From: Candidatus Thorarchaeota archaeon | Lineage (GTDB): Archaea; Asgardarchaeota; Thorarchaeia; Thorarchaeales; Thorarchaeaceae | DNA: 29,309 nt | Assembly: GCA_038893995.1 (NCBI GenBank) | Contig: JAWAQK010000021.1 | Span: 8,401-37,709, forward strand | Direction of reading: 5' to 3' | In this document: in pieces, positions 27,212-29,309 of the stretch | Layout of the letters: the number at the start of each line of letters is the position of its first letter | Position numbering within the stretch: position 1 is the stretch's first letter | The notes under the pieces: model-generated | The model's input: the letters and a program-made list of their open reading frames with translations, nothing else | Databases searched by the model: none | Told to the model about the DNA's origin: nothing | Made by a program: the position numbers and the translations under genes

Positions 27212-28717
27212 TCACAGGGACTCGATGGAGGTCTGACCGGAGAGGAGTTGTTCCAGCACTTGGGATAGCGAACCGATGCTGACACGTACCTGTCTCATCG
27301 AGTCCCTGTCTCTGATCGTGACTGTGTCAGTCTGTAGTGTCTCGTAGTCGACTGTGACGCAGAAGGGCGTACCGATCTCGTCCTGACGTCTGTACCTGCG
27401 TCCGATAGAGCCGCTCTTATCATAGTACACGGTCAAGTCCCTGTTGAGCAGTTCGCCATAGATCCTCTCAGACACTGGCGCCAGGTCGTCCTTGGCAACC
27501 AGAGGAAACACTGCCACCTGGACTGGAGAGACCTGCGGTGGAAAGCGCAACCATGTCCTCTCCGAGTCCTCGTCGTAAGCATTGTCTATCAGGCAGAACA
27601 GGGGTCGTTCCAGGCCAAATGCTATCTCGAGGACATCGGGCACTTGCTCTGAGTCATCCGTCTTGACACTGAGTCGCTGACGACTGAACTCCTGGTGCCG
27701 ACTGAGATCGTAGTTTCCACGGTCATGTACACCGCAGCACTCGACCCAGCCAAAGCTCCTTGTCAGTATCTCGATATCCCACGCGTCAGCCGCATAGTGT
27801 GCTCTCTCAGTCTGTAGATGTTGCCTCATTCGTATCCTGTCTGGAGAGAAGCCCATTCCGATGAAGATGGAACACGCGAGATAGGCACACCATGCGAAGG
27901 ACTCACTCAGGAAATAGCCCTCACTGAGCGCCTCCGAGATCTTCATGGATGACGCCTCGCTGACCCCCTTCTCCTGTGCTGCTGCGGTGAGTAGATTGAG
28001 GGACTCGCCTGAGATTGCGTCGTACTGGGACCAGTCCATCTTGTCAGAGTGGGTCAAGAAGATCTGGCCCTCGACCTGCGTGAACTCCCTCAACCTCAAC
28101 ATTCCCTGCCGAGGAGAGATCTCGTTGCGATAGGCCTTACCTATCTGAAACACAAGGACAGGCAGCTTGTCCCGAAAGAATGTGAGCAATCGGCTGAACA
28201 AGAGATATGTCGTGGTTGCAGTCTCAGGCCTCATGAAGGCCTCCTGATTCAGACCGAGTCTCGTCTGAAGCATGAGGTTGTACCTCTGGACCGTCCCAAG
28301 CTCTCCCTTGCATGACGGACATCTGATGTTGTGCTCTCTTATCACTCTTGTAAGATCGTCCGGTGTCAGGCCTCTGACACTGATACCCTGGACTGACTCC
28401 TCTATGAGATTGTCAGCACGAAACGGACTGGAGCACTTGGTGCATGTCACTACTGGGTCTACGAACCCATCCAGGTGACCTGAGGCCTTCCAGACAATGG
28501 CTGGCAGTACGGTGGGGCACTCAACCTCCCAGAAGCCCGCACGCACAAAGGACGAACGAATGATCCCCTCGAGTCTGTTCTTCACCAGCTTTCCAAGCGG
28601 GCCCAGGTCGTAGAGCCCTGCACTGCCGCCGTATATCTCAGGCGACGGCCCCCAGAAGAAGCCTCTCTTCTTGCACAGGCCATATATCAGCTCGTTGAAG
28701 TCCTTCGAGTCGCTCAT
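27212..28717 (-). CDS. glyS: Glycine--tRNA ligase (homodimeric archaeal/eukaryotic type)
   Basis: KRGFF...EIYGG..GLYD.GPLG, SGH, Zn-ribbon insert, RPETA, YRNEISPRQG.LRLREFTQ.E, EIAFGLER, GSIGRRYRRQDEIGTPFCVTVD. Confidence 0.98.
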   Translation of the reverse strand: MSDSKDFNELIYGLCKKRGFFWGPSPEIYGGSAGLYDLGPLGKLVKNRLEGIIRSSFVRAGFWEVECPTVLPAIVWKASGHLDGFVDPVVTCTKCSSPFRADNLIEESVQGISVRGLTPDDLTRVIREHNIRCPSCKGELGTVQRYNLMLQTRLGLNQEAFMRPETATTTYLLFSRLLTFFRDKLPVLVFQIGKAYRNEISPRQGMLRLREFTQVEGQIFLTHSDKMDWSQYDAISGESLNLLTAAAQEKGVSEASSMKISEALSEGYFLSESFAWCAYLACSIFIGMGFSPDRIRMRQHLQTERAHYAADAWDIEILTRSFGWVECCGVHDRGNYDLSRHQEFSRQRLSVKTDDSEQVPDVLEIAFGLERPLFCLIDNAYDEDSERTWLRFPPQVSPVQVAVFPLVAKDDLAPVSERIYGELLNRDLTVYYDKSGSIGRRYRRQDEIGTPFCVTVDYETLQTDTVTIRDRDSMRQVRVSIGSLSQVLEQLLSGQTSIESL

Positions 28718-28887
28718 GTCGAGTCGGAGCCTCTCCTGCGACTGGGTCTTAAACCTATGGTGATACGGATCTCTCCAGCATCTTCTCGGAGAGCCAAACC
28801 CTCGTGCCGGGAGAGCAGACTGCGATCAGGTCGCGAGGCCATCAGTCTTATTAGTGACATCACTTGCCCCACGTCCGGGTCTGTTCT

Positions 28888-29309
28888 ATGGTCAAAGACT
28901 CCAGAATTACAGGGTTCTACAAGCTGTCAATGCAGGAGCGTATTGAGAAGGTGATCGAGCTGACTGGGATCAGCCGTGAAGAGCTGGCCCCGGTCGTAGA
29001 ACCTGCTACCCTTGACATGAATATCCTCGACCACATGACAGAGAATGTCATTGGCTCAATGATGATGCCATTCAGCATAGCGACCAACTTCCGGGTGAAC
29101 GGTCGTGACTACCTAGTACCAATGGTACTTGAAGAGCCGTCAGTCGTGGCTGCCGCAAGCAATGCCGCAAGGATGGCAAGGGAAAAGGGGGGTTTCACTG
29201 CGACCGATACGGGGCCCATGATGATCGCGCAGGTCCAGGTCGTGAGAGTCCCGAACCCATATGAGGCGAGGATGAGGGTAATCGAGGCAAAAGGAGAGAT
29301 ACTTGCCCT
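28888..29309 (+). CDS. mvaA: HMG-CoA reductase, class II, 3'-truncated by the window edge (absent from the supplied ORF track)
   Basis: Translated by hand: MVKDSRITGFYKLSMQERIEKV...DHMTENVIG...IATNFRVNGRDYLVPMVLEEPSVVAAASNAARMAR..GGF...MIAQVQ. Confidence 0.95.
   Translation, partial: MVKDSRITGFYKLSMQERIEKVIELTGISREELAPVVEPATLDMNILDHMTENVIGSMMMPFSIATNFRVNGRDYLVPMVLEEPSVVAAASNAARMAREKGGFTATDTGPMMIAQVQVVRVPNPYEARMRVIEAKGEILA

Noticed and set aside
1-29309. tRNA, rRNA, SRP or RNase P RNA, selenoprotein, transposase or integrase
   Set aside because: No diagnostic motifs were seen by eye, and TGA-ending genes stop at expected family lengths. A tRNAscan-SE or Infernal run would be needed to exclude RNA genes formally.

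Overview
A gene-dense, fairly GC-rich archaeal chromosomal segment. Archaeal origin is supported by the geranylgeranyl reductase, archaeal/eukaryote-type GlyRS and PPAT, and TATA-like promoters. The gene mix suggests an Asgard archaeon such as Thorarchaeia, but that is inference only. Left to right: 3' end of a polyprenyl-diphosphate synthase; 4-oxalocrotonate tautomerase family gene; XRE regulator plus small membrane protein behind a tandem palindromic operator; geranylgeranyl reductase (GGR) preceded by a membrane-anchored zinc-ribbon gene, with a decayed tandem copy of this pair just upstream; a same-strand run mutS-rpe-tal-amidohydrolase-mutL; a YbjN-like protein; a 1940-aa secreted, C-terminally anchored surface protein; a roughly 930-990-aa polytopic membrane protein ending in a SpoIIM domain; ferritin; M28/DUF4910 peptidase plus coaD; USP plus a RACo/RamA-type ASKHA ATPase lacking any Fe-S domain; a small hypothetical gene; glyS; and the 5' part of a class II HMG-CoA reductase. 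I saw no tRNA, rRNA, CRISPR array, transposase, integrase or reverse transcriptase. The best candidates for undescribed biology are the SpoIIM-fusion plus giant surface protein pair, the zinc-ribbon/GGR pair, PCNA-type clamp motifs on bacterial-type MutS/MutL, and the Fe-S-less RACo homolog. All family calls come from motif recognition by eye, not database searches.
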